Shown: positions 19,964 to 29,301 of the stretch, in pieces
How the letters are laid out: each line of letters opens with the position of its first letter
Numbering within the stretch: the first letter of the stretch is position 1
Assembly (NCBI GenBank): GCA_963752475.1
Contig: CAVVYR010000029.1
Coordinates: 32,001-96,000 of the forward strand
Reading direction: 5' to 3'
DNA: 64,000 nt
DNA from: an uncultured Chloroflexia bacterium
GTDB taxonomy: Bacteria; Chloroflexota; Limnocylindria; Limnocylindrales; CSP1-4
Made by a program: the position numbers and the translations under genes
Notes under the pieces: model-generated
Databases searched by the model: none
What the model was told of the DNA's origin: nothing
The model's input: the letters and a program-made list of their open reading frames with translations, nothing else

Positions 19964-20078
19964 GTATTCCTCCTCAGGGCTGCCGGTCCAGACACGGCTG
20001 ACCGGCGGGCGATGGAGCCAATGTACTCCCGCACGCACGAATCAGGGCGCAGGCGATGCCGGGCTGATGTAGGGCGCC

Positions 20079-21431
20079 CTAGGAAGTGGCCGGCGAGTTC
20101 GCGCGGTATGGCTTGGGCGCGGCCGGCAGGCCACCGCTCTCACCTTCGAGCCGAGCGAGCAGGTCCGTGGGGTCGCACTCCTCACCCTTGGGCAGATCGG
20201 GACAGAGCTCGAAGGCCTGGACCTCTTCCCAGGTCACGGTCGGGTACTTGACCGTCTTGCTGGGCTTGGGCGTCGGCGTGGGCTTGGGCTTGGGCGTGGC
20301 CTTGGCGGCATCGGCGGCGCGATCCTTGGCGTTCTGACCAGGGATGGTGGTGGTCTTGTCGACGTTCACCACGCCCGTCGGCAGGTACGTCGTCGGGTCG
20401 ACGTCCTTGCCGTTCCTGAGCAGCTCGAAGTGCAGGTGCGAACCAGTGGACTTGCCCGTGCTGCCCATCTTGCCGATGACCTGGCCGGTGTGCACGAGGT
20501 CGCCCGCGCGCACATGGTTCGTGGGTAGGAGATGGCCGTAGATGGAGGTGAAGCCGTCCGGATGGGCGACGTGGACCACGTAGGCGCGACCTTCCCTGTC
20601 CCACGGATTCCAGCCGCTATAGGCGACCACGCCGACAGCCAGCGACCGGACTGGCGTGCCGCTGGGGCCAGCCACGTCGATGCCGTCATGGAAGTGTTTG
20701 CAGCTGCCCCGCCGGGCGTTGAAGACGACGCCAGTGCAGCCGTAGACCTGGGTGATGCGTCCGGTCGTGGGCCAGGAGAAGGCCCCCGACTGCGCATTCA
20801 ATTCGACGGCGGCCTGCTGCTCGGCCTTGATCTTGGCGATCTCGGTCATCTGTTTGATGAGGCCGCCCAGCACGGCCGCCGAGCTGTTCCGGCGGGCCAG
20901 CACCGATCGACGCTGAGCATCGATCCGGTTCACCGCGGCCTTTCTGGCGTTGATCGTCTTCTGATGGTTGCGGATCCTCGCGTTGACGCTCTTGACCCGC
21001 GCCTCTGCGGTTCGGATCTCCTGCCGGATCGTACGCAGCCGTTCGCGGTAGATGTCCGGCGCGGGCGCCAGCTCGGGGCGACCGTATTGACCTTCGACGC
21101 GTGCATAGCGCGCTCTGCGTTCCGCGAGCACGGCCTTGGCGGAACGCAGGTCCTTGTTGATGCCGGCCACGCCCTTCTTGGCCTTCTGATAGGCATTGCC
21201 AGCGGCGACACGCTGGGACTTCAGCCGCTCCACCTGCGAGTCGAGAGCACGCATCGAGCGCTGGGCGCTGGCCTGGGCCGTGCGGATGCTGACGATCCTC
21301 GCGGTGAGGTCCTGGGCCATGACCGGCTGGGCCGCCACGACGATGGAGCTGGCGGCGAGCACGAACGCACAGAAGAGCGCGACCAGTCGTACCGAGACCG
21401 TGGACCACGTGGCGCTACCGGCCAAGGGCAC
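20079..21431 (-). CDS. Secreted M23 peptidase with coiled coil (murein hydrolase/EnvC-like architecture)
   Basis: Signal peptide, long coiled coil, FSWP, HDGID, YGHL and G.STGSHLHFE motifs. Confidence 0.92.
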   Translation of the reverse strand: MPLAGSATWSTVSVRLVALFCAFVLAASSIVVAAQPVMAQDLTARIVSIRTAQASAQRSMRALDSQVERLKSQRVAAGNAYQKAKKGVAGINKDLRSAKAVLAERRARYARVEGQYGRPELAPAPDIYRERLRTIRQEIRTAEARVKSVNARIRNHQKTINARKAAVNRIDAQRRSVLARRNSSAAVLGGLIKQMTEIAKIKAEQQAAVELNAQSGAFSWPTTGRITQVYGCTGVVFNARRGSCKHFHDGIDVAGPSGTPVRSLAVGVVAYSGWNPWDREGRAYVVHVAHPDGFTSIYGHLLPTNHVRAGDLVHTGQVIGKMGSTGKSTGSHLHFELLRNGKDVDPTTYLPTGVVNVDKTTTIPGQNAKDRAADAAKATPKPKPTPTPKPSKTVKYPTVTWEEVQAFELCPDLPKGEECDPTDLLARLEGESGGLPAAPKPYRANSPATS

Positions 21432-21591
21432 TGCTCTCCGCTCCTTCTCTAACCTGGGACGGCCATGGCCGTGGGTGGTCGGCAGGCATGCGGACCCGTC
21501 CCGTGGAGCCCGAATCGTAGCGGGCCGCTGTGGAACGTGCGGACTAGCCATTGGTCCGCTGCCATCGGTACGCATGGGCTACGCAGTACTG

Positions 21592-21903
21592 CTAAGTCAG
21601 AGCCTCAAGCAACCATACGCTGAGCATGCCCGCCAGCAGGGTCCAGCCGAACGATCTGGTGCGCCAAGCCACCACCGCCGCGATGGCTCCCGCGACGTAC
21701 CAGGTGCCGAATGGTCGGAAGTCGCCGGCGTCGAGGAAGAGCGTCTGGGCGACCAGGCCGGCCAGCACCGCCGGTGCCACGAGGCCGAGCGCCTGCTCCA
21801 CGCGCGGCGGGATGGTCACGTCGGCGAGGAGCGTGATCATCGAGGCGCGCATGGCCAGCGTGCCCACGGCCACGGCCGCGACGATGAAGAGGTCAGTCGT
21901 CAT
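21592..21903 (-). CDS. azlD: AzlD-domain branched-chain amino acid exporter, small subunit
   Basis: Small hydrophobic protein with APAVLAGLV and AWRTRS; overlaps azlC. Confidence 0.85.
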   Translation of the reverse strand: MTTDLFIVAAVAVGTLAMRASMITLLADVTIPPRVEQALGLVAPAVLAGLVAQTLFLDAGDFRPFGTWYVAGAIAAVVAWRTRSFGWTLLAGMLSVWLLEALT

Positions 21904-22642
21904 CACGGACCTCCGATCCCTCGTCAGGGACGACCACCACGGGCTCGGCCTCGCCACGCAGCTTGGCCAACATGCCGAAGGCGATGCCGGTGCCCGCACC
22001 GATGAGCAGGCCCGTGTTCATGGGCGCGTCCTTGGCGATGAGCGTGACCGAGAACGCGATGGCGGCCGCGATGAGCGCCGCGCGGTCGCGGATCGAAGGC
22101 ACGGCCAGCGCGATGAACATCAGGGGCGCGGCGAAGCCGACCTGCAGTTCGGGCGGGATGGTGGCACCGATGACCACACCGATGGTGGTGCCGATCCACC
22201 ACGAACCCGCGAAGCTGAGCCCGGCGCCGACGTAGTACGCGAAGCGCTTCCTCGGCTCCCGCTCGCCCTGGTCGTAGAGCAGGGAGGTGACCGTGGCCTG
22301 GTCGGTCATGAAGTGGGAAAGGGGGACGCGCCAACGCCGCGGGAACTGCGAGAAAGCGGGTGCGAGCGCACCCGAATACATCATGAAGCGAGCGTTGATG
22401 ACCAACGCCGTACCGATGACGATGAACCACGGCGCGCCCTGATCGATGAGATCGCTGATCGCGAGCTGGGAGGCACCGGCGAGCACGAGGAACGAGGCCA
22501 GCCAGCCGACGAGGTCGTTCATCGACGACTCGACCACGGTCACGCCGTAGGCCAGGCCGAAGGGGAAGGCCCCGATCGACAGCGGCAGGATCGCCCTGGC
22601 ACCGGCACGCATCGAGACGAAGCCGAACCAGTCGCGACTCAC
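21893..22642 (-). CDS. azlC: AzlC family exporter permease
   Basis: PFGLAYG, AGASQ, VINARF and MTDQ motifs. Confidence 0.9.
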   Translation of the reverse strand: MSRDWFGFVSMRAGARAILPLSIGAFPFGLAYGVTVVESSMNDLVGWLASFLVLAGASQLAISDLIDQGAPWFIVIGTALVINARFMMYSGALAPAFSQFPRRWRVPLSHFMTDQATVTSLLYDQGEREPRKRFAYYVGAGLSFAGSWWIGTTIGVVIGATIPPELQVGFAAPLMFIALAVPSIRDRAALIAAAIAFSVTLIAKDAPMNTGLLIGAGTGIAFGMLAKLRGEAEPVVVVPDEGSEVRDDD

Positions 22643-23649
22643 GGCACGTTCCGATACATGACGTAGTGCGGGACGGTGCTGCCATCAGGCAGCCGGAAGC
22701 CGTCGGGCACGGTGCCCACGATGCGGAAGCCGAGGGAGCGCCAGAGGTGGATGGCATTGGCGTTGGTGCTGACGACGGTGTTGAACTGCATCGCGCCATA
22801 GCCCAGATCAGCGGCCAGCTCCAGCGAGGCCTCGCCCATCTGCCGGCCGAGGCCGATGCCACGGACATCCGCACGCACCGCGTACGAGGCGTTGGCCACG
22901 TGGGCGCCTGGACCGGGGTTGTTGGGCCGGATGACGAACAGGCCCACGACCGCACCGTCGAGCTCGGCCACGAAGCCATGGCCTCGCTTCGGCGGGCACC
23001 AGTAGGCCCACAGCTCCTCGTCGCTGATGTCTGGCTCGTAGGCGTAGGTGTCGGCCGTGCGCACCAGCTCGTGGGCGATATGCAGGACTGACTCGCGGTC
23101 ACCCGCGACGGTCGGGCGGATGGTCACGGGTCTTGGCTCATGGACGCGGCGGGCACTCCCCTCCTCTCGCGCCAGGCGCCGCAGCACACGAGCGTCGAGC
23201 TCCTCCTCGTCGAAGAGCCGCTCGATCGAGGCCAGACACGAGAGTGCATCCCCACCGGCGGTCTGTTCGATGACGTCCTCGAGCTCGGCGCCGATGACAC
23301 GCCACAGGCGCTTGAACTCCGGCATCCGCTGGCGGCCCTCCTCGCTCAGGGAGAGCACCCGGCGCCGGCCGTCGGCCGGGTCCGGCGCGGCCGAGACGAG
23401 GCCCTTCGACTCCATCCGTCGCGCCATCTCGATGATCGCGGGGTGGCTGACGCGCAGGGCGATCGCGGCCTCCGTCACCGCCACCTGGCCATGGCGGTCG
23501 AGGTACGACAGCAATGCGTGCCAGTTCGGCTCGAGCGGCAGGTCGAGCGTCTCGTAGAGGCGGCGGCCGGCGTCCCCGATACGGTCGGCAAGGCGGCGCG
23601 TACGGAAAGTGAAGCCGAGGGTGCCGAGGCTGGCCAGATGGTCCGTCAT
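22639..23649 (-). CDS. MarR HTH - GNAT acetyltransferase fusion
   Basis: N-terminal VSHPA and DPADGRRRVLSL; C-terminal HVANASY, RGIGLGR, MQFN.VVSTN and LW.SLGF. Confidence 0.92.
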   Translation of the reverse strand: MTDHLASLGTLGFTFRTRRLADRIGDAGRRLYETLDLPLEPNWHALLSYLDRHGQVAVTEAAIALRVSHPAIIEMARRMESKGLVSAAPDPADGRRRVLSLSEEGRQRMPEFKRLWRVIGAELEDVIEQTAGGDALSCLASIERLFDEEELDARVLRRLAREEGSARRVHEPRPVTIRPTVAGDRESVLHIAHELVRTADTYAYEPDISDEELWAYWCPPKRGHGFVAELDGAVVGLFVIRPNNPGPGAHVANASYAVRADVRGIGLGRQMGEASLELAADLGYGAMQFNTVVSTNANAIHLWRSLGFRIVGTVPDGFRLPDGSTVPHYVMYRNVP

Positions 23650-23680
23650 TCGGGAGTCGGATCGAATCCAAGCAAATGAT

Positions 23681-23698
23681 TACGTAAGTTGTTACACG
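23681..23698. promoter_or_regulatory. AT-rich imperfect palindrome TACGTAAGTTGTTACACG, candidate MarR-GNAT autoregulatory site
   Basis: GTAA-N4-TTAC core between a minus-strand TTGACG and the start codon. Confidence 0.5.
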
Positions 23699-23728
23699 AT
23701 AGGGGCGTCGTCAAGCCCGAGCGTTGGC

Positions 23729-23796
23729 TGTAAAACATGTTTGACACAATGTACGTGATGCTTTACCTTGCTGATGTAAGACAACTTTGACATCAG
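23729..23796 (+). promoter_or_regulatory. Three TGTAA-N8-TTGACA/TTTACC type palindromes, candidate XRE operators
   Basis: TGTAAAACATGTTTGACA (23729), TGTACGTGATGCTTTACC (23750) and TGTAAGACAACTTTGACA (23775); the first contains a TTGACA -35. Confidence 0.75.
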
Positions 23797-23807
23797 GAGC
23801 CCCGATC

Positions 23808-24227
23808 ATGTCCTTCAAAGCCTCCGTCACGGCCGTCATGCTCGTCGTCCTCGGTATCGTCTACGGCTGGTACTTCGCTCAGGTCCTCATCGAGGCCGGC
23901 TCGACCCCGGTCGCGGACATCGCCTACCAGGGCCTGTTGCTGGTGATGGTCGCCATCCTCGTGGTGCTCTCGATCATCGGGGTGGCGATCGTGGCCGTGC
24001 TGCGCCGTCGAGAGTCGGACCAGGAGGATGAGCGCGACAAGCTCATCGAGATGCGCGGCGACCAGGTCGGCAGCTACGTGCTCGCGGTGGCCGCGCTCGC
24101 AGCCATGGGCCTGGCCATGCTCGAGGGCGAGTACTTCTGGATCGCCCACGCCCTGCTGGCCGGCCTCGTCCTGAGCGAGATGGCCAAGGCCGTGGTCATG
24201 CTCCTCGCCTACCGCCGAGGCTTCTGA
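23808..24227 (+). CDS. Four-TM membrane protein (DUF2178-like, DERD motif)
   Basis: AGGAG RBS, DERDKLIE motif, coupled to an XRE HTH gene. Confidence 0.82.
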   Translation: MSFKASVTAVMLVVLGIVYGWYFAQVLIEAGSTPVADIAYQGLLLVMVAILVVLSIIGVAIVAVLRRRESDQEDERDKLIEMRGDQVGSYVLAVAALAAMGLAMLEGEYFWIAHALLAGLVLSEMAKAVVMLLAYRRGF

Positions 24228-24229
24228 CG

Positions 24230-24451
24230 ATGGGAAAGCCCACGCGGGTGACCAACGACATCCGCCGCCTCCGCTTCGAGCGCGGGGAGATGACCCAGGC
24301 CGACCTGGCCGACAAGGTCGGGCTCACGCGTCAGACCATCATCGCCATCGAGCAGGGCAAGTACTCGCCCTCGCTGGAGGTGGCGTTCAAGATCGCGCGG
24401 GCCCTCGGCGTGCGCCTCGAGGAGGCCTTCGGCTACCCGGCGGAGGACTGA
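24230..24451 (+). CDS. XRE/Cro family HTH regulator
   Basis: MTQADLA..VGLTRQTIIAIEQGKYSPSLEVAFKIA. Confidence 0.95.
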   Translation: MGKPTRVTNDIRRLRFERGEMTQADLADKVGLTRQTIIAIEQGKYSPSLEVAFKIARALGVRLEEAFGYPAED

Positions 24452-24452
24452 G

Positions 24453-24779
24453 CTAGTGGACGAGGCGAGGACCGGAGTCGGTCGGATGGTCGGGCATGTC
24501 CTGCTCGAAGTCGTGGCCGATGCGCTCGGCCGTGCGATGGATGGCTTCGTCGATCTCCAGGAACTCGGCCAGACCGCCGAAGTTGGCGTGCCAGTCGAGT
24601 AGCTCATGGAAGGCCTCATGGATGACGGCGTCGCGCAGGCCCGCGACCTGTAGCTCGACGAGCACCTGGTCGTCCACACCCTCACCGGTCAGGACCATGC
24701 CGATGGCCGATTCGAGCGGCTCACCCTGGTCGAGGCGGCCGATGATCTCGCGGGCCAGCTCGCTCACCGTCTTGGCCAT
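24453..24779 (-). CDS. Small acidic hypothetical protein with HEAFH motif
   Basis: Strong GAGGAGG RBS and coding-like codon bias. Confidence 0.75.
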   Translation of the reverse strand: MAKTVSELAREIIGRLDQGEPLESAIGMVLTGEGVDDQVLVELQVAGLRDAVIHEAFHELLDWHANFGGLAEFLEIDEAIHRTAERIGHDFEQDMPDHPTDSGPRLVH

Positions 24780-24858
24780 GCGCCACCTCCTCTTTCGTCG
24801 TCGCGGGGCACGCCCTTCGCGCCCATCCCGAGGGCTAGCGTAGACGGTCTCGAGCCCA

Positions 24859-25746
24859 TCAGTCGCTCGGCGCGTCGTCCTCGCAGTCGTCCTCCTGGCA
24901 GCGCGTCTCGATCGTCTGCGGGCTGCCGTGGGCGACTTCGGCGATGGTGAAGCGACCGGCGTGCTCCTTGTGCGGGTCCTGGATGACGATGCCGAAGGTC
25001 TCCATCAGCCGATCGGGCGTAAGCACCTCACGCCCCGCGCCCAGGGCGACGACTCGTCGCGCCAGCAGTAGCACCTGGTCGTACTCCACGGCCTCGGCGA
25101 TGTCGTGCGTGGCGGTGACGATGGCGGCACCCCGGCGCAGCTCCTCGGCGAAGGCCTTGAGGTAGAGCTCACGGCCGCCCGCGTCGATACCGGCGGTCGG
25201 CTCGTCGAGCACGATGAGATCCGCACGCCGGGCCAGGACCTGGGCCAGATACACCCGCTGCAGCTGCCCGCCTGAGAGGCTGCGCATCGGCTCCCTGGTC
25301 AGGTGGCTGACACCCATGCGCTCCATGCTCTCAGCCACCAACCGATGGTCCTCCTCATCCATGTGGCCGGTGAGCCCCAGCGCCGGATAACGAGCCATGC
25401 GCACGACGTCGATGACGCGGATGGGCAGGATGTAGCCCGAGGAGTGGAACTGGGAGTGGTAGGCGATCCGCTTGGGCGACGCGCCCGGTGGCCGGCCCAG
25501 GACCTCGAGCGAGCCTCCCGCCACCGACAGCAGACCCACGAGGGTCCTGATCAGGGTCGACTTGCCCGAGCCGTTGGTCCCCACCAGCGCCACCGAGCCG
25601 CCCGGGCGGACCTGAAGATCGATGGATTCGACCACCAGGTCCCGGCCGTATCCCACGGACAGGTTCTGTGCGGAGATGCTCATGGCCGCTGACTCGCGTG
25701 TCTCCACCGACTCGCCTGCGGAGACCGCCGCTTGGACCGTGCTCAC
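24859..25746 (-). CDS. Zn/Mn ABC ATP-binding protein (AztA/ZnuC-like)
   Basis: GTNGSGKS, LSGGQ, DEPT and THD motifs; His/Cys/acidic tail. Confidence 0.92.
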   Translation of the reverse strand: MSTVQAAVSAGESVETRESAAMSISAQNLSVGYGRDLVVESIDLQVRPGGSVALVGTNGSGKSTLIRTLVGLLSVAGGSLEVLGRPPGASPKRIAYHSQFHSSGYILPIRVIDVVRMARYPALGLTGHMDEEDHRLVAESMERMGVSHLTREPMRSLSGGQLQRVYLAQVLARRADLIVLDEPTAGIDAGGRELYLKAFAEELRRGAAIVTATHDIAEAVEYDQVLLLARRVVALGAGREVLTPDRLMETFGIVIQDPHKEHAGRFTIAEVAHGSPQTIETRCQEDDCEDDAPSD

Positions 25747-26606
25747 GAGACGGTCTCGCCGCTGGCGTCGGTCTTGCCGATGTGGACGCCTGAGTCGCGT
25801 GCCTGCGTGAGAGCAAAGACGACGAAGAAGACGGCGACCGAGGTGAGCACGACGGTGGCGCCAGCTGCCAGATCGAACCAGTAGGAAAGCAACAGGCCGG
25901 CATAGGTGCTGGCGGCGCCGATGACGCTGGCGACGATCATCATCGTGTTGATGCGGCTGACCAGCAGGGCTGCGCTCGAGGCGGGTGCCAGCAGCATGCC
26001 GAAGACGAGCAGCGCTCCGACCGTCTGGAAGGAGATCACCACCGTCAGGGCCACGAGTAGCAGCATCAGCAGGTGATAGCGCTTCGACGAGAAGCCGGCG
26101 ACATCGGCTTGCTCTGGATCGAAGCTCAGCAACAGGAACGGGCGAGAGGCGAAGTAGGTCACGACCAACACAAGGATGGTGGCCGCCAGCATGATCACCA
26201 CCTGCCCTGAGCTTGTGCCCAGGATGTCGCCGAAGAGGATCGCGGTGACGTCACCCTGAAAGACATCGCTGGCGCTGATGATGACCACGCCAAGGGCGAG
26301 CATGGCCACGAAGAGCAGGCCGATGGCGGTATCCGAGGACAGACGCGAGCGGTGCTGCACGAGCGACACCCCGCCGATCATCACGATCGCACCAACCGCC
26401 GCCCCGATCATGCTCGGGACCCCCAAGAGGATGGCTGCGGCGATCCCCGGCAGCACGCCGTGGGCCAGCGCGTCACCGATGAAGGCGAGGCCTCGCAACA
26501 CCACGAACGTGCCGACGACGGCACAGGCGATCGACACGAGCACGCCGGCGACGAGGGCGCGCTGCATGAAGGCGTTGCTCAGGAATGGATCTAGGAGATA
26601 CTCCAA
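25743..26606 (-). CDS. Zn/Mn ABC permease (AztB/ZnuB-like)
   Basis: GDALAHGVLPG, DTAIG, LFGDILG and VGALLV motifs. Confidence 0.93.
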   Translation of the reverse strand: MEYLLDPFLSNAFMQRALVAGVLVSIACAVVGTFVVLRGLAFIGDALAHGVLPGIAAAILLGVPSMIGAAVGAIVMIGGVSLVQHRSRLSSDTAIGLLFVAMLALGVVIISASDVFQGDVTAILFGDILGTSSGQVVIMLAATILVLVVTYFASRPFLLLSFDPEQADVAGFSSKRYHLLMLLLVALTVVISFQTVGALLVFGMLLAPASSAALLVSRINTMMIVASVIGAASTYAGLLLSYWFDLAAGATVVLTSVAVFFVVFALTQARDSGVHIGKTDASGETVS

Positions 26607-26698
26607 GTCTGCTCCCGTCGGTGGCGACGGGCCGTGTCAGCACGACCCTGCCGCCACTCGAGCATATCAGCGAGACCGTGTCTCAGTAGGACCCTCGT

Positions 26699-27727
26699 TC
26701 ACTCACCGAGTGCCCCTGCGATGGTCACGGCCAGGGTTCGGACGAGGTCCTGGTAATCACCGCCTTCGGGCAGATTGGGCACGTCGATCTCGACGAGTTC
26801 GGCGCCGGTGTCGTCGGCTACGGCCTGCGCTACGGCCTGCGGCGTGCCGACCCCGGCGAATACGACCGTGACGCCGTTCTCCTCGATGTCATCGATGAGT
26901 TGGGTCAGCTCCCTCGCGGTGGGTGCACCGCTGGTCGTGAGACCGGGGATGACGGTGCCGATCAGCTCGAAGTCGTACTGGTCGGCGAAGTAGCCCATGG
27001 ACATGTGGCCGGTGACCATCTTGCGCTGATCCTCGGGCACGACCGCCAGGATCTCGGCGACCTCGCCGTCGAGCGATTCCAGCTCCGTCACGAGTGCGGC
27101 CGAGTTCTCGGTCACATCGACGCCGGCATCGGCAAGCACCGCGTCCAGGGCCTCGACGACGTCGATCATGAAGACGGGGTTCGTCCAGATGTGCGGATCG
27201 ATCGCGCCGTGGTCGTGCTCGTGCTCGTCCGCCTCCTCGGCGTCGTGGTCGTCCTCGTGGTCGGACTCGTGGTCGTCCTCGTCGTGTCCGTGGCCTTCTT
27301 CCTCAGCGTGGTCGTCGTACTCCTCGGCGTGGTCGTCGTGCTCCTCGGCTTCGGCGAGGTCGAGCACGGAGATGTGGTCGGCCGCCTGGAACCAGGTCAC
27401 GCCCTCGGCCTCGGCGGATTCGAGGATGCCCGTCAGCGCCTCTTCGAGCTCGAGCCCGTTCGAGACGAGCAAGTCGGCGTTGAGCATCCGCTCGGCGTCA
27501 CGGGCGGATGCCTCGTAGCTGTGCGGGTTCGCGCCACTGGGCATGATCACGGTGACGTCGGCCACATCGCCCACCAGCTGCTCGACGACGGAGCCCAGTA
27601 CCTCGGTCGTGACCACGACGGAGCGGGCCTCCTCCTGTGCGGCAGCCGGCATCGTGCCCACGAGTGCGAGTGAGGCGGCCACAGCCGTGGTGGTGACAAA
27701 CGTGAGGCGGGGGCGGGAGGTTCGCAT
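26699..27727 (-). CDS. Zn ABC substrate-binding protein with His/acidic loop (AztC/ZnuA-like)
   Basis: NPHSYE, DPHIW and VTGH motifs; long H/D/E-rich loop. Confidence 0.93.
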   Translation of the reverse strand: MRTSRPRLTFVTTTAVAASLALVGTMPAAAQEEARSVVVTTEVLGSVVEQLVGDVADVTVIMPSGANPHSYEASARDAERMLNADLLVSNGLELEEALTGILESAEAEGVTWFQAADHISVLDLAEAEEHDDHAEEYDDHAEEEGHGHDEDDHESDHEDDHDAEEADEHEHDHGAIDPHIWTNPVFMIDVVEALDAVLADAGVDVTENSAALVTELESLDGEVAEILAVVPEDQRKMVTGHMSMGYFADQYDFELIGTVIPGLTTSGAPTARELTQLIDDIEENGVTVVFAGVGTPQAVAQAVADDTGAELVEIDVPNLPEGGDYQDLVRTLAVTIAGALGE

Positions 27728-27760
27728 CTGGGCTCCTGATCTCCTGATGTCCGTGTCGCT

Positions 27761-27781
27761 TATTGATACCTAGTATCAATA
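27761..27781. promoter_or_regulatory. Zur/Fur-like box TATTGATAC-CTA-GTATCAATA
   Basis: Perfect 9-3-9 AT-rich palindrome 33 bp upstream of the Zn SBP start; resembles the actinobacterial Zur box TATTGAAAATnATTTTCAATA. Confidence 0.82.
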
Positions 27782-27845
27782 GTACACATGGAGCGGAGCG
27801 GCGGCAAGCCCCTCCGCGCGCCCGGTGGTACGCTCGAGCGACGTG

Positions 27846-28565
27846 ATGACCAAACACCGGAATACGACCCTCGCGGCGGTCGCAGCCCTCGGACTGATCG
27901 TCGCCGCCTGCAGTGGATCGGATGAAGCCACGCCCGCGCCGACGCCCGACGCGACCCAAGCCCCGGCCACCGAAACGGCGACGGAGGCCCCGACCCCCGC
28001 GCCGACGGAGGAAGCGGCTGTGGCGACCCCCGTGCCGACGGAGGAAGCGGCTGCGGCCGGAGCCCTCACGGCGACGAGCTTCGGCGACCCCGTGCCGGCA
28101 CCGGCTCTCGAGGGCCTGCTGAACCCCGATCGAAGCACCTTCGACATCACCGAGCTCCAGGGCGACCCCACGCTCGTCTTCTTCGGCTACACCCATTGCC
28201 CTGACGTCTGCCCGGCCACGATGGGCGAACTGTTCGGGGTCTTCGAGGAGCAGCCAGAGGCCCAGGCGGTGTTCGTCTCGGTCGACCCCGAGCGTGATAC
28301 GCCCGAGTTCCTCGACGAATGGACGACCTACCTGCCGGAGAACCTGCACGCCATCACCGGCACACCGGGCGCCATCCGCCGGGCAGCCGATGACTGGGGC
28401 GTCAAGTACGCGCGCGTGGAGACCACTTCGACAGCCGGCTACACGATGTCGCACACAGCGGACCTGTACCTGCTCGACGAGGAAGGCCGACTCCTCGCCA
28501 CGTATCCATTCGGCACGACGTCAGCGCAGATCGTGGAGGACCTGCGCGCGCTCGCGGCCGCCTAG
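27846..28565 (+). CDS. SCO1/SenC copper-chaperone lipoprotein
   Basis: Lipobox VAAC, FFGYTHCPDVCP, VSVDPERDTP and YTMSH motifs. Confidence 0.95.
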   Translation: MTKHRNTTLAAVAALGLIVAACSGSDEATPAPTPDATQAPATETATEAPTPAPTEEAAVATPVPTEEAAAAGALTATSFGDPVPAPALEGLLNPDRSTFDITELQGDPTLVFFGYTHCPDVCPATMGELFGVFEEQPEAQAVFVSVDPERDTPEFLDEWTTYLPENLHAITGTPGAIRRAADDWGVKYARVETTSTAGYTMSHTADLYLLDEEGRLLATYPFGTTSAQIVEDLRALAAA

Positions 28566-28579
28566 ACATTGGGGGACCC

Positions 28580-29248
28580 ATGAACCGATCGACCCGCACG
28601 ATGCTCATGTCCGGCGCCGCTGTCGCCGCCACGCTCAGCCTCACCTTCGCCTCGGTCGCGGCCGAGGAAGAAGAGGCCATGTCCGACGATATGGACGCGA
28701 TGGCGCCGATGGAGGAGATGGAGCCCGGGCTCCATGTGATGGACGCCTGGACGCGCGAGTCACCGATGCTCGACCTTGCCGGTGCCGCCTACATGGTCAT
28801 CCACAACAACACCGACGCGGATGACGCGCTGGTCGGTGCGTCCAGCCCTGCGGCCGAGTTCGTGGAGCTGCACCTCTCGTCGATGGATGACGAGGGCATG
28901 ATGTCGATGAACCAGGTCACCGAGATCCCGATCCCGGCGCACGGCGACGCGGTGCTCAAGCCTGGCAGTTACCACGTCATGCTCATCAACCTCGTGGAGC
29001 CGCTGACCGAGGGTGTCGAGGTGGAATTGAGCCTCGAGTTCATGAATGCCGAGCCGCAGACGGTCGGCGCACCCGTGATGGCCGGCGCGCCGATGATGAT
29101 GGGCGACATGGACATGGATGGCATGTCCCACGGCGACGACATGGACATGGACATGGACGATATGTCCGACGACACGATGGATATGGACGACGACATGTCC
29201 GACGACACGATGGACATGGACGAGGAGCCGGAGGAGGACGAGGGCTAG
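28580..29248 (+). CDS. Copper chaperone PCu(A)C with Met/Asp-rich extensions
   Basis: GAAYM, VELH...MMSM and LKPGSYHVML motifs; Met-rich tail. Confidence 0.93.
   Translation: MNRSTRTMLMSGAAVAATLSLTFASVAAEEEEAMSDDMDAMAPMEEMEPGLHVMDAWTRESPMLDLAGAAYMVIHNNTDADDALVGASSPAAEFVELHLSSMDDEGMMSMNQVTEIPIPAHGDAVLKPGSYHVMLINLVEPLTEGVEVELSLEFMNAEPQTVGAPVMAGAPMMMGDMDMDGMSHGDDMDMDMDDMSDDTMDMDDDMSDDTMDMDEEPEEDEG
29156..29221 (+). repeat. In-frame 33-bp tandem duplication (DDMSDDTMDMD x2)
   Basis: 29156-29188 and 29189-29221 differ only at synonymous positions. Confidence 0.85.
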
Positions 29249-29271
29249 CCGCCGCTCGACACCGCTCTCAT

Positions 29272-29295
29272 GGCCCCGGATGTGAGTCCGGGGCC
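29272..29295 (+). terminator. Hairpin ggccccgga-N6-tccggggcc
   Basis: Perfect 9-bp stem after the PCuAC stop, followed by ttcgctt. Confidence 0.7.
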
Positions 29296-29301
29296 TTCGC
29301 T

